DNA of 62,886 bases, filler included, from Collodictyon triciliatum (Eukaryota), in assembly GCA_043381765.1 (NCBI GenBank). It is 6 parts of 6 records of this genome, joined end to end, with 100 filler letters (N's around TTAATTAATTAA, not from the genome) between each part and the next. Parts side by side here need not be neighbours in the genome. Positions count along the whole stretch, not along the records: positions 21,146 to 32,656 come from JBHJMP010002387.1; positions 32,757 to 44,273 come from JBHJMP010002388.1; positions 44,374 to 51,277 come from JBHJMP010002389.1; 3 more parts are not named here. One strand, given 5' to 3'. Each line of letters begins with the position of its first letter. Within the stretch, counting starts at the first letter, position 1. Positions 31,001-45,395 of the stretch are shown in pieces. Below the pieces are notes generated by a model. The model did no database searches and was not told the origin of the DNA. It saw only the letters and a list, made by a program, of their open reading frames with translations. The translations under genes and the position numbers were made by a program.

Positions 31001-32293
31001 ACGCCGCCATTCTTTATTTTATCACTTGATGAGATTGAAGTCGTAATCCTCGAGCGTGTCCGGGTGTGTTGAAGCGAACATTTTCATTTCCTACCTACTC
31101 TGAACGTTCCATTTTTTTCGCTATTACTTCTAAGATATATAATATGTGATTTTATCTCGGGTGCAGTGATCAAGTTTACTTATTCTAACCATATAATTGC
31201 CTCAAATTACACGGAAACGTATTTTTGGAATGTCATAGTTCAATCTCCGCACATTCGACATTGTCTTCGTTTTCAAGGATTATTCGCGAACAGTTGCACA
31301 TATTGATGCCATTAATACAAAATATTTAGACACCGTCAAAAATTGGCTCAAGTAAATATATTTCCCCTAAACTTTCAGTTTTTTCTTTCCCTATAGAGAA
31401 GTTTGTAACAATAATCGAATCTGAAATGTGATACTATCTAGTTGGTTTCTTCATTTTTTCGTCTCTACTGTTGTTTGTAAGTTTGGACAATATATACATT
31501 ACTAAATATACTAAAAATAAAAAGTGGTGTGAGCGTCGTGTATTATGAATCTGCAACCAGTCTGGATTGGGGACAAATTCTTAAACGTGTTCGCAACGAC
31601 GTGGAGGTTTGTGCTCTTAAAAAGAAGACAAAAGAAAGAAATCGAAACTCAAAACTCAGGTGCTCGCATTTGATGATACCTCATTAAAAAAAAATAAAAA
31701 AGAATAGGAAGGGAGATAACATACAAATGATTCAGGGGACAGAATTTTCACAATTCAAACAATTTTGTGTTGCTGGTTATAAAGTTCTGATATAATCTCG
31801 ATTATTATAGGGCTTCCATGAAATGGGAAGCTGGAAAACGCTTTTTGAAAGCGATTCCGAAGGGGAAAATGAAGATGATGATAGTGACGAAAGTGACGAA
31901 GACGAAGTCTATGCCCCCAGTGACGAAGATCAGGTTTTATTATTATTTATTAAAATATACAATGATATCGACAAATATACTTAATATTAAGTATATGTCG
32001 GTATCATATAAAAACATTAAGTACGCTTTATTACAGGGTTTCGTAATCATAATAATTTTTTATATAAAAAATACAATAATTATACTACGCTTGTTCACAA
32101 TCTGATTCGCCTTCATCTCTATCCATCTTTTTCCATATGCGATTTTCCGTTTAGTCTGAGTCTTACGAATCTGGCGACTCGAGCTATGGAGAGGATGAGG
32201 ACGAAGACGAGGATGACGAGGATGACGAGGATGATGAGGATGATGAGGACGATGAAGACGACTGGGATAAAATGTCTGAGGAGGCAGCAAAAG
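25082..32293 (+). CDS. SPT16: FACT complex subunit SPT16, at least 32 exons, 3'-partial
   Basis: MASAASNIDQTVNEKLFWARLGLLHAHWK, YFPIIQSGGNYNLK, SLGARYKFYCANVARTY, IGLEFRDS, IPFHVATIK, LEAHANGFR, DIIYKNIKHAFF, HPIMVGKKKTK, FEIPFRELEF, FDIVFVFKDY, acidic tail DWDKMSEEAAK. Confidence 0.96.
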
Positions 32294-32305
32294 GTGCCGC
32301 CTTTA

Positions 32306-32530
32306 TTTTTGTTTCTTTTGTTTCTTTTGTTTCTTTTGTTTCTTTTGTTTCTTTTGTTTCTTTTGTTTCTTTTGTTTCTTTTGTTTCTTTTGTTTCTTTT
32401 GTTTCTTTTGTTTCTTTTGTTTCTTTTGATTCTTTTGATTCTTTTGATTCTTTTGTTTCTTTTGTTTCTTTTGTTTCTTTTGTTTCTTTTGTTTCTTTTG
32501 TTTCTTTTGTTTCTTTTGTTTCTTTTGTCA
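32306..32530. repeat. (TTTTGTTTC)n 9-mer array in an SPT16 intron
   Basis: Read directly, with three TTTTGATTC variants. Confidence 0.95.
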
Positions 32531-32656
32531 TTCGTCGTTAATCTTCCGTTCTTTTTCTTTGTTTCTTTTGTCTTTTGTCTTCCGTTCTTTTTCTTTGTTT
32601 CTATCCTTTTGGTGCATTGTTTTTTTTTTTTTTTTTTTTTTTTTGGGTTTTTTTTT

Positions 32657-32756
32657 NNNNNNNNNNNNNNNNNNNNNNNNNNNNNNNNNNNNNNNNNNNN
32701 TTAATTAATTAANNNNNNNNNNNNNNNNNNNNNNNNNNNNNNNNNNNNNNNNNNNN
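32657..32756. other. Artificial contig-join spacer
   Basis: TTAATTAATTAA at 32701-32712. Confidence 0.95.
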
Positions 32757-33060
32757 AAAAGGAAAAAGGAAAAAGGAAAAAGGAAAAAGGAAAAAGGAAA
32801 AAGGAAAAAGGAAAAAGGAAAAAGGAAAAAGGAAAAAGGAAAAAGGAAAAAAGAACCAAGAAAAAGAAAAATTAAAAGAAAAAGAAAAAAAGAAAAAAAA
32901 AGAAAAAAGAAAACTAGCCAAATGAATGATGATGAATACTAGACTAAGAGGCAAGTAGATAAACATGAGAGTTCAGTACGATCATTTTCGGCTCTTTTTG
33001 ATGATTAAAATCTGGTGGCCTTAATATAATATTGCATACTATAACTACCTTTTGATATAC

Positions 33061-33671
33061 GGCCGTATCTGTGGTGATCAACTCAACGATGTAATATGCA
33101 AACTGAATTGTCATAGAGTCGAGCTCCTAAGTATAATAAAATGGTTCATCATTTTCGAATATTGTGAGCATTAATGATTACACTTCTCACACGATAAAAT
33201 TTAAATGAATTCCATATTCAATTACAAAATTGGATATAAGCTAAAGACATTACACTAGATGAAAACTTCTTCAAAATAGACGGGAATTCAACAGCTCGCC
33301 CTGGTTTAATAAGAGGTTAGTGCCGATTCCATGAAGTAAGACGATATAAATGACCAAAGGAACGAGGAAACGAAGCACCTGGAAAAATTTCCTCCAAATG
33401 TTTGCCCATTTTATTACAATTTCTTGTAATTGATCTTACCTCCGATTTGTTCGTTCATTATGAAATGCACCATTCCTGGTAAAATCATGTATATGAACTG
33501 CGGGTCAGTCTGTTACAGAAATAAAAATCTCTATTATTGAGCTAACCTGTATCTATACCGTCTAAGGGTGTAATGTGACAATATAAAAAATCACTTTAAA
33601 TTTATCACGTGCGCTGTTTCTTAAGGGATTCATAAGGTAATCGCGTGCTTCGTTGGCTATCTGAGGACGGC

Positions 33672-33713
<42 letters not shown>

Positions 33714-36700
33714 ATACGTAAATAATCAGAAAGTTAGAAGAGAATAATGCTGTGAATGAACTCATATGAATTCTTTCAAAAAAAAAAAAAACACCTGATT
33801 GAAATCAAACTCTGGCTTAAAAAAGGGTTTCTTCTCTTCTATAATTTTCTTGATAGAAAGTGGAATTTTTGTGTAAGATTCCATCGCCCACTTTCCCTTA
33901 AGGTCTATGTGTACATAAAAGTATTACTACTAAATGGATGAATATCATGAATCAGTTCATTCTATGTTTTGAGGATTTGGTCCGGTGTGAATGCTCAATT
34001 TGAATGTATTGGATAGAGTTATTTTGAAAAAAAAATAATATTAAAGATGGATGTCTGATTGTTGGTAGTCACCATCCAGAAGAGCGTGCAGAAGCTCAAT
34101 GTTATGCTTAAGTGGCTCAACTTGGCTGGATGATGATATATTGATATTTTTAGGTATTTAATCTAGCTTTCTGCATTTTAATCAATATTTTCGATTGCAT
34201 CAAATAATGAAAAGTGGACGAATTCGTGATAAAAGTGCCACATTCCAACCATCAAATAAAACACACTTAATCTGAAAGTATACAATGACCGAGTGCAGCA
34301 AAGCTCGTTTAGCTGTTATGGTTAGGTTACTGAAGTCCTCTGCCGGTACTTTGATCTGAGTAATTTAGGATATTTTGAAATAATGAAAGGTATGTATGAT
34401 TTTAGACTAAACACGGTATCTTGAACCCCCCGTCATTTCCACCTCAAATCTTGTATGCCATTGTAAAGATACTGATACAAACTGTGATTTCGTGGAAACT
34501 TGTGGCAATCTTCAGAATCATGGTTAAAAATGAACCATGCAGTTGAACTCTGAATTCCTCATCAAAGTCCTAAAAAAAAAAAAAGTAAAAAGAACTATTA
34601 AATCGTTTTGTATATATTTCAGTTACAAAGGCGCGTCTAAATTAAAAGTTTAGAGAAATTAATAAAACAATATACAGGGGTGTGTCGAAAGACTGAAAGC
34701 AGATGAAATAAGAAAAATCATTTTTCTATATTTGGTGAATCAGTAGAGAATGTATTAATTTGACCAAGTTGTTGGATGCTGACATACCCTTATTAATTTG
34801 CACAAATGAAAAGAATAAGCCAGCAGGCGGTCGTGGGAAAGAGATTTTCTAATATGCAAGGGCCATGTCCCCAAATGGACAGACAAAGGGATAAAATGGA
34901 AGAGTTGTGTAAAAAAAGCCGTTTTTTCATGTAATCACTCGCAATCAACATATTTTGTAAAATAACTATACAATTAGAAACAGGGTGGATACCTGAAATA
35001 TCTCATGAATCTAAAATTTAACATTCCCAAAACCACGGACAATTTATAGGGAGGTAGTTTACCACATTGGATAAAGTTACCCAAGAGCTCATCATGTTTA
35101 CTAGTGAGAGGAGATGAGGCAAAATCGATTGAAAATAATGTATTTTTTCTTTTAAAAAAAAAAACACCAGTTAACAAAATAGAGGGAGGGCACGTTGAAA
35201 AGGATGAGATTCATGAATATTCAATATAAAAGAAAGAAATTATGCATAAACTGACAAACTTTGAAGGAGATATGTAAATCGTGCGACAATAGGATTCGAT
35301 AGTTCCTGGATTAAAATGATTCAAATCGATCATTTTCGTATCTCCCGATTCTGTTACATCGAATATAATTTTTTCGATCTCGGTTAAAATCCTAAAAAGT
35401 ATGTATGTTGGCTTATATTGATGCTTGAATCAGCAAGTTCCGACCAAAATGATTGCCATCGGAATAAATTGAAATGTCATTTTGCGCCACTCGTTCCAAG
35501 AGAATGCGACATTGATATAGTCTAGATAAAATGCCAAGTTTACTGTACAAACCGGTAAGTTGAATGGACTGATAGAATAGAGATGTATTCAGGTGGCAGG
35601 CCTCGGTCCAATCCCGTAAACTTGTATGAAACCGTCCTTGATGGGGTCATAAATTCGGTTCCAGCAAGCTGTTTGGTTGTTAATGGTGTTAATCAACAAT
35701 AACATGACGAATCTCTCATACATAAGTGGATTTATTCGTCAATATCAAATAATGAGTCATGCTAAATATATGTATTGAAGGCTTTCTATATCGAAAATAT
35801 GATACGCTAAATTGAAGCGATGAAAGCATGACCTTATTGAATTTTTTAAATACCTCGTTCTCTCCAGAAAACCCTGTTTTCAACACTTCTATAAAAAAGC
35901 TGCATGCTTGGACACTGGCTGCACCAGAACGGGCAGATTGAGATATAAAAGAAGCCTCATTTTTTGACATAATCTCTGATAAATAAGTTTCTAAAATGGA
36001 ATAGTAAAATAAGGTAAAATTGCTGGAGGAAATTTGTGAGATCTTTTAATGCTATACAAAGGGTATCTTGATAACACTTTTAATTTTGATTTAATTTTAA
36101 ATTTCAAAAAAATATCTAAAGGTAGAGCTTTTACCCTTGGAACCATATGAAACAGATTGCCAGCGCGCACCTACAAACGAAATGAGCAGAAACTGTCATT
36201 TTCGTTCTTATACTTATTGGTGCTTATTTTTTTAAAAAAAAATAAGAAAAAACCTAAAGATATTCAAAAAAAAATACTAAAGACAAAAACATACTATTTC
36301 GCTCGTTTTGGTATCCCAACTCAGTGAGGTAGCATTTGTTTGTAGAAGTTCCTTGTAATCGAGTGGCCTTGACAGATGCAACACGATTTTGACCGATGAT
36401 AATAGATTTGCATCATAATTCGAAATATTGTCATGTCAGGGTCAATTGACGAGAAATAATAGGCCATGTGCGAAAACAGAAAGAGATTAATCGTACTTTA
36501 TATAGAACAGCATATATGTAGTTGAATAGAGTATTGCAATTGTGATTGTATGGAGTCAACCAAAGGAAGTAATACATCGAACCCAATAATTTTTGAATGA
36601 TTAAAATCTGTATTACCAGAGCGGGTATCGCTTCGTCCCAAAACTTTTCGATGTCGTGAATACTTGTCTGGGTAGACTCAAAGCTCATGATTTTTTTTAG

Positions 36701-39700
36701 AAACTGGTATTTGTTGGGAAACGGCTGTCGTTGGGTGGACTGATTTGTTCGGCATTTCAAGTCAGAGTTTCGCAGTAATAAATTTAACATCGAATGCAAT
36801 CAACAAGAATAGATACCACTGTGATGGTTAAGTTACTTTACATCGACTTCTAAGTCACGACATATCTCCATTTTCACGCTATTTGTAGCTAGATTGCGAC
36901 GAAAGAAAACATAAGGACACGCATTAAGACATAAAAATAATAGCAATTGTGTGTACACCTTCTGTCAGCCTTGAAGTGTTTGATTTAAAAAATTGTCAAC
37001 ATCCGGAAAAAAAAATTTTTAAAAAAAAACTAACGAAAAAGCTGCACGATCAGCCATAGGATGCTGTTATTCTTCAGCGGATATTCATTCTCTTGCTCAA
37101 TTCTCTGTGACAATTTTGTGACAATATCAAGGCAAGTGATATACCTGAATAATCAATTGAAGCGAATAGAAAAGATGGTCATATGCCGATCTTAAAAAGA
37201 AAAATTGGAAAAACTTACTTTGTGTTGAATGCAAGAGCACAATATATGTAATAAGAAATATACATCATCGATTGAAATATCAGCAATTATATTTGATTAA
37301 TTAGCAGGTTTAGAAATGGCCTCACGATCGTGATATCAGAGCATATTTAAAATCAGCAAATTGTCTCCATTCCGACCATGTATATCTGAACATGTTATCA
37401 AAATCAAGATTGGATTGGCTGCTGACTCCTCTTTCTACATAGATAGAGCAAGGTGTTAGACTAACATGTGCTGGTGTTTATATATATCGAAACACGTGAG
37501 TAATGCAACATAAAAATGAATACAATATGATGAAAGCTCACAGAAAAGCGAAATCACATTACGTATTCAAGAATCTAGATCACAAACCTAGGACCCTTCG
37601 GTACAGCATCCAAGTGTACTCAACTAAAGAGCTGGCGAGCAACTCTTGGTCAACACGAAAAGACTCAGGACCTTCAGCTTGTCTGTATGTAAGAGAAATA
37701 CAAAGGAATTGAGCCCTAACTATCAGTGCATAACATATATTAATTTATTTTTCAATATTAGCAGCTCCACGTAAATAAACAATAATTATATGGTTATTTT
37801 TAAATAGTAATAATCACAAACTCCTTCATGAAAAATCTATCAAATATGTTAAAGTAAGGACTCTGGTGGAGAATTAGTGACATATGTTTCATCTGCAGAT
37901 GAAATAAAATACGGCTTAGCTATTTATAATCAATAAGAAAAAGAACTCACATATACACAAGAGATTGTTGTGATAGGAGGTTTTGAACGCATTGGTCCCA
38001 AACAATTTTTTTTGGGGGGTTGCGATTTATACCATATTTTCCATTGGCTTTTGGTAACTCTTTGACATCTGCGATCATAATTTAAATACAAGCGATGGAT
38101 TTAGTACTCATTTTGGCAGAAAATTTTGGTCAAAAATTTTCGCATCAGTCTGATTATTCCATTATCCTTAATCAAGTACTTTGGCAAGTTTCTGGCTCCC
38201 AGGATTCGGGATTGAATGTGTTAAAGACTTGTCACGTTCCCGATGCGTTACCAACCATTTTACTGAATTTTTATAATGAAAAAAAAAGGGCGTTAACTAT
38301 TGGCAAGGAAAATCTTACTAAATTGTTGATGTTGTATTTTTCCTCTTTCAATAGACTTTCTAATATATTTCTATACCCTTTCCTGATCTTTGTCGTTTTC
38401 TTTTTCTTGAATTTTTGATTAAATATAAGAAAATGAAAAAAAAAACCTTCTTGGTTCATGAGAGTTTGGAGACGGCATAGTCGGGTGGATACTATGGTTT
38501 CGATTCTCGAAAAAAAAGGCAGCGACCTTCTTGTCTCTATACTTGGTATGACCTGTTAATATGGGAAGGATTACTATAAGCACAGAGCAGGTTTATATTA
38601 ATTCTATCAATATTTAAGCACGACATTCTAGTCTAGAAGTGCTAAAATGATTTCATTTATTGAAAAAGTATAAGATCAGCCAGTATATTGATGATCTCTA
38701 GAAAAAAATTAAAAAATGTCACTGGGTTTAACTCTTATCGTACTTCGAGAAGCCTGCTGAAATTGACGGTATCAAAAGAATGTTCACAAAGTTGAATCAG
38801 GATTTTCATGAGAGTATCAACCAGCTATAGGAACATAAAAATACAGCTCAATATTTAATGTAGGTTTGGAATACACCCATTAATTGTTAAACTAAAACAT
38901 CTCCATGAAACCAGACAGGCTTGATCAATGAAATTAATTAATTAATCTATAAAAAACTATTTAAATAATTCATGAAAGTCTCAAATAAAATAAAATAGAA
39001 ATTACCTTTGAAGGCGAGTCCATTTGTCTAAAACTTGACAAGAAAGTGGTGATTTTGTCAACAAGTGCGTCGCACTTATCAACGCTTATTTTACTTGCGT
39101 TGTGCTTTATCAAGAAAAGTACTATAGACCAAATATAGTTATCGCTATCGGATTCATTTTGAACAAGCTGATAGGAATCGAGAATAGTTTCGATCTGTGG
39201 TTGTAAAACGACATAAGTTAAATAGAGACATATCAATCAAATATGAAAGAAAACACCTAAACACGAGAACACTCTCAACATATGATATGTATATTATCTC
39301 CTTTTCTATATGAAAAAAATCGACCAATATTATCTTAGCTATGTAGATAATAATACATGATAAAATTATCTTTTTTTTTTGTGGCTAGAAATAAACAAAG
39401 TGAAATCTCACGATCATATTTTCAGTGATTGTATATTGTTCATGGATGTACTTTCGAGATTCAAGCCACTTCAAGAGAAAATGCTCAAAAACCATAGGAA
39501 CTGATATTTCAATGCTAGATGAAAACCCTTCAAATAGATAACTGATGGCTGCTTTTACATTTGATTGGGATTTCTGGGGATACGAGTTGTGCATCAAGGA
39601 ATTAGAACCGATATTTCAAAAATGTGATGTATATCTTTTAATGAATCAAACGAGAGCTGAAGAGAGAGAGAGAGAAAAGATGATAAATCGTTACCCATGG

Positions 39701-41022
39701 AAGAGGAAACTTTGAAAGCAAATGTTCACTTGTAAGATTGTAACAAATTGTTTGAAACTCGGCACGAGGATTACTAATTGGAGACGATGTATGCGTGGAT
39801 GTAAAGAAAAAGACATCGGAGTTGGTCAAAAAAAAAAGGTGAGATGTAAACCCAGAATTTGTGAACATGAATGATGTAAAAAGAAATAATCTGAACACGA
39901 TGTGAAACTTTACCGTACTGCTTGCGACTCAATATCCTAAGGCCGATATAATTATTAATACTGGAGCATTATTATACGTCATTGATCAGAATGAAGTATG
40001 AAAGGGTAGTTACCTTCACCAAATGTATAAACGACCGCGCTTTGATGGATAAATCTTGACTTGGTCTCAGTGAAGAATCATCCCCAAGAGAATCGAAGAG
40101 ACTACGGAAAGCATTCTCATCTCTGCTTGAAGGTGTAGATTTCGAAAATATCGCCATAGGATTCGTCGATGCAGATGCATTGGTTGACGTTGCACTGATA
40201 TGCAATTCGGTGTTGGAAATGCTGCGAGGCATAGAATGGGCAACTTGTGCAGCAACAGCGGCACTTTGGCTTTGGCGCAGGTTCGGGGCAATATTTGAGC
40301 CAAAATCATTTTGTATATCGGAGTTTGTTCGTTTTCGGGTCTGTGTAAGGCATCGTGTTATTGCCGTCGCATGAAAAATCATAAATGCGCCCAAAGAGTT
40401 TCATCCGCTCTGTAGGTATCACGGCACGAAAAAGAAAATAGAAATTTAGATGTATGCACTAAATAATGATAATATTGCGTACCTCCATGGTTGACTGCTG
40501 TGTTGTTCCTCGTGACAGTTGTTGCTGTTGCTGTTGCTGCTGCTGAAGTTGTTGTTGCTGTTGTTGTTGCTGTTGTTGTTGCTGTTGTTGTTGTTGCTGT
40601 TGATGTTGCTGTTGATGTTGCTGTTGATGTTGCTGTTGATGTTGCTGTTGATGTTGCTGTTGTTGTTGCTGCAGTAGTAATTGTTGATGATGCTGAGGAA
40701 TCTGCCGCTGAATTCCTGGGTGTATCGTCCCATCTGCACTGACACTCCCATTTGCGATTGAATGCATCGCCCCGTGACTCTGGGACACCGAAGCCACACT
40801 CATTGGCAGTCCTCTGCGAGCAAGTGGCGGCGCATTGTGGAGGCCGAATCCGTGGCCCGAAGCATTCCCGGGCATTTCTGCGTGGCCTCCGTTCATGCCC
40901 ATGGGAACACCTGTGCTCTGGCTCTGGCTGTGATTCATATGGGCATTTTGGTTTGCACTGGGCATTTGGGGCATGTTGCCGCGGACTCCACCAGGCAGGC
41001 CGCCTGCGTTTGCCGGATGCAT
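33061..41022 (-). CDS. MED23: Mediator subunit MED23-like with a Q-rich N-terminal extension, 3'-partial
   Basis: Collinear motifs resembling MED23: LDIVTKLSQRI...KNNSILWLIVQLF, PGTIESYCRTIYIS, VLGMLNFRF, QLHGSFLTMILKIATSF, AKRAFAALGH, QFAYYIVE. The gene runs toward the spacer at 32756. Confidence 0.75.
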
Positions 41023-41695
41023 GGGCGCTCGGGCTCGTGGCTTTGGAGCGGGAGAGTGCGGGTCGGCGCAGAAGGGTGGAGACAGAAAGCGTGTGAGTAT
41101 GCGGGTGTGTGCGGGTGTGTGTTTGCCTTCTGTCTAGGCTTTGATTGTGGGGAGATCGCGGCGAGTTTTGACGGAGAAAACAGATTGCTGTGGGAAAATA
41201 TGGATGCTGGAAGATGTCCTCTTTATATACTGCCGTGATAATATATCTGGAATTTATTATATTACTGTGTAGATTTCATCATTTACGCATCATGGCTCTA
41301 TTTTACTATGATTATATGATGCAGTATTAATATCTATCACTATATTGTATGCAGCGTATTCTTTATGCACAGCTAGACGGCTGGTTGCTTTTTGCAGGCG
41401 CCCAAACTGTGCGGTAGGACTTGTGCAGGTATCACCACTGTTGTCATAATAATTATTGTTCGAATGATGGTTATCGTAGGTGTACCCTTCCGGGTCATAG
41501 ATTACATTAAAGGTCAGCCTGTGTTTCGCTCCGAAGGCATATCGATTTCATCATCTTTTTTTTTTTTTAAGGTGGTTCTCTGTAGCTAATTCCTTTTGTG
41601 CCATTTGTTTAAGTCCAGGAACTATGGTCTTAATCTTTTGTCTCTGGGATTTTTTTCTTTATTTATGAGTTTCTCTTTCTCAACGGAGGATGGTC

Positions 41696-41880
41696 TTAGA
41701 AGTGCTTCTTTGCCAGCTGCCGGACTCTTGCATCAAAGGCAGGCGAGGCGATTGCAGAGTTGAGTGTATAAAACGGATTGCATAGGACCTGAAAGAAAAA
41801 GAGAAAAGGAAAAAGGGGATGAGGACAACATTCTCTCAACACTGACACGCTATATTAATCCATTTCTTTATTTTCTTGTC

Positions 41881-41979
<99 letters not shown>

Positions 41980-42993
41980 GGACAACGCTGTGCAATCTTC
42001 TGGCGAGTATACATCATATTGAACAAGACAATCTGTTGAATTAATCTGGGCAAACCTTCATATAGTGTTCATAGACATCCTGAAAGAAATTTTTTACGGC
42101 TGTTTCGTTTTGGTTTTCATGTAGAAGCATAAATCGGATATCTGGGTAAAGATTTGCGTATTTCAAATGGCGAAAAAAAATAATGAAGTTAGACGATATA
42201 AATGCCTGATATATGCAAAGAGCAGAAGATAAGTACAAACAAATAAAATATTTTTTTTTAAAAAAAAAGTATCATACGTCCGACGGTAATGAACGCTGAG
42301 ACTGTGGATTCATTGTATCGGTCAACATTTCGGAAGAACCTAGAAGAATAATAAAAAGAAATAAACATAGCATCAGTGCTTGAGACTTTTCATATGTTAA
42401 CTTAACAAATTAGCAAATAAATGAAAAGATTAAAAAAAAAAGCATAGCTACTTTATAGTTTTAAGTAGAAAATAGAGAATATAAATTGGCTGGTATATGA
42501 TTCGATAATTGAGGAAAACATGAAATGGGCAGCCACAGAGGAGTCTTTTATAAAAAAGGACAAACAATGATGAAGAGGTCCACACAACATCGTCCACCAA
42601 GTCCAAAGCAGCATGTATGATGAAAGGCCCGAGATTAGCTGTGGACTCTTTCTATACAACAATAAAATAAATAAAAAAGTGTCTATATAGCGACACAGTC
42701 ATACAAAACATGTAGAATTATGAACCTGAATAAAACTTCCAAAAAAAAGAAAAAGAAAAGGCAGATATAGGAAAAAGTGAATACGGAAAACAAGAGAAAT
42801 GGAAGATGGTGAAGAGATATGAAAGGAAAAAGGTTATAAAGAAAATAAAGATATATTTTTGTTTCGTATTCCAATAAAACCGCATAAGCGAAATACACAC
42901 ACGACTTGGAGTCCCAAGCTCGGCTTCATACAGTGGAAAATCATTCTTTCCGACTATAAAGAATAGGTACGATCCGTTTGGAGTTCCCGACAT
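41696..42993 (-). CDS. TRAPPC2: TRAPP complex subunit 2 (sedlin/Trs20), 5 exons
   Basis: FFIVGKNDFPLYEAE, FIIHAALDLVDD, VDRYNESTVSAFIT, IRFMLLHE, VKNFFQDVYEHYMK, NPFY...FDARVRQLAKKHF*. Confidence 0.95.
41883..41978. repeat. (TTA)n microsatellite in a TRAPPC2 intron
   Basis: Read directly. Confidence 0.95.
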
Positions 42994-43528
42994 CTGCAGA
43001 AAAGAAGAAAAAAGGAATCAGCCTGTCCGATCGATGAGCCATGAAAAAAAGTAAAGTAATGGGATAGTAATAGAGATAGGAATAGAGATAGTAAAATAAA
43101 TAGAAATAGACAAACTAAAAAAAAAAAAGCGACAGTTGTAGTTGCAGTAAAGTTAAAAAGAGAAGAAAAAAAGAAAAAGAACAAAGTTTCTCCATAAGCT
43201 ATTGTCCTCGCACAACTTGAGACACAAACAGCAGCCTATCTCACTCAGCAACTTCGCACAGATTGAATCCCTGGATCAACGACAAGGACATCAGAGCAGC
43301 CTGGGCCTTGTCCACCAAACACAGAATCACCTCGGCAGAGTAAAAAAATGGCAAAAAATAAAAAATAAAAAAATAAAAAATAGAGTAATTGAAGAATGAA
43401 AAACAAATTGAAATAAAGTTGGGTAGTGCTTGGAAACCAGCGACAACAGACAACAAAGATATATAAAGAGTATCCGCGGGTTTCATAGAAGACAACATAG
43501 GGTTCAGCGCGAAAGCGAGATGCTGAGT

Positions 43529-44273
43529 TTATTCGGGCACAACAGGCGACCGAGTCGGCGGGGGGTTCGAGACCGAAGCACCAGAGTCATCCACTTCAAA
43601 GACCCGAACAGCAGACTCGTCAAAGGCTGCCACAGAGACAGAGGACTTTGTAAGGCTCGGACTGCGACCACGGGATGTGCTCCTGGATCGAGGACTCCGT
43701 CGTGCGTTTTTGGCCGGTTTGCGCATCGTGTAGAAAGTGGACAGGTTGGACGATAAGACAGCGACAGGGAACGCAAGAACCTGGATGTGTAAACAGAGAC
43801 ACAGAGGGGTGCGATTGAGTCCAACAGGATGCAGTCGCGACGTTGCGAACGAGCATGTTATGAGGTGACAGGCGATGAAAAGACAAATATAATATGGAAA
43901 GGAAAAGATATAAGATTGCGTCAAAATCATGCCATGCTGTAGGGGGATATATCAGCGAATAGGTAAGTAAATTAAGGAATAATTAAGTAGAATAAAATTA
44001 AATACACCTCCAAGAAGCTAAGAATGAAAACAAAAGAATTTTAACAGAAGAATAAAGTAGTGAGTGACATAATACCAGCATCCCGGTACATATGACAACA
44101 CCAGCAAATATACGCCCTCCAATAGTGAGCGGAGAGACGTCACCTAACCCGTTTTCCTCTTAATAAATTAAAATACTGTAAAAGTGCATTCTGCTTTCTC
44201 TCAAATAACTACTTCCGACTCTCTTATGTCTCCATACCGTATCCTACTGTCGCCATCGTCACAACCGTCCACC
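43529..44273 (-). CDS. Potassium channel pore/S6 and C-terminus, 5'-partial
   Basis: Spliced WTVVTMATVGY|GDVSPLTIGGRIFAGVVICTGML|VLAFPVAVLSSNLSTFY, containing the TVGYGD selectivity filter. Confidence 0.9.
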
Positions 44274-44373
44274 NNNNNNNNNNNNNNNNNNNNNNNNNNN
44301 NNNNNNNNNNNNNNNNNTTAATTAATTAANNNNNNNNNNNNNNNNNNNNNNNNNNNNNNNNNNNNNNNNNNNN
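44274..44373. other. Artificial contig-join spacer
   Basis: TTAATTAATTAA at 44318-44329. Confidence 0.95.
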
Positions 44374-44888
44374 GTCACTTTTTGAGCAAGAGAGCATTTC
44401 ACAAATGTGTGTTCGATAGAGTCATCTCCACTATGGCACATGGTGCATTCTGGGGAGGTCGTTGCTGCATGGGCTACACGCGCACCTATCCACAGCTCTC
44501 TGTAGGAGATATTGAGAAGTAGGGCATGGTGATTTGGAAGTAGCTGAGGTATATGGGCTTGCTTCCAGCTTTTGTAACTTTGATGGGCGGGTCTATGATG
44601 CCCGTGAAGAATACCGCAGCCTGCATAAACGACTTTTACTCATTTCTGGAATTGCATCACCTTGGCGACCACTTGCGCATATGTGGCGCGCACATGTTTG
44701 ATTTGTGTTGAAATCAGTCCATCTGGTTGAAGAAAAAACTGAGCTGTGAGTCCTAACTGCACTGCTGAATCCCTTGTCTGACCTGATTCTATGTAGCCCG
44801 AAGGCCGAAAGAGTCGCAAGAGCCCACGAGGAGCAGGACTAATGGCCAACGAAGTTGTTTTGGGCTTAGTTGCTTTCTCCATATCCAA
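44374..44888 (-). mobile_element. Non-LTR retrotransposon ORF2 fragment with CCHC (zf-RVT-type) zinc knuckle, disrupted
   Basis: SPECTMCHSGDDSIEHTFVKCSLAQKV (C-x2-C-x8-H-x4-C at ~44394-44447), preceded by W...LLLNISYRELWIGARV. Intronless, with a stop near 44640. Confidence 0.8.
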
Positions 44889-45216
44889 AAAGCTTCTTGC
44901 CTTGGGAATCGCAAAGGTAAGGAAGTCGCACCTCAGGCCGCGCTACACAAAAGCCTTCTTCTCATATACAAGAGAGAGAAAAAAAAAGCCACCTTACTAG
45001 CCTCGGTTTCACGTTTCGACTAGATGTTTTATCCATTGCGATCCAGAGAATGTCTTGAATATCATGCTCTTGCTTTGTGTACTTGTCATGTTGCACTCCT
45101 GGGCATGTTTTTCGCCTCTCGCTAAAAGCATCTTGGGGGCCGTCCTGCCAGATATCTAAAGAAAACAGAAACGAAAAAGAGGAAATGAGAAAAGGAGAAA
45201 AAAATCACACTTTTCC

Positions 45217-45310
<94 letters not shown>
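45217..45310. repeat. (TTA)n microsatellite
   Basis: Read directly. Confidence 0.95.
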
Positions 45311-45311
<1 letters not shown>

Positions 45312-45395
45312 GATTAACTTGAGAATTGAAGTGCTCTGTCCATACATAGAAAGCTGCATTTACACAACGAGAAACTGAACCGTCTCTGTGTTTAG

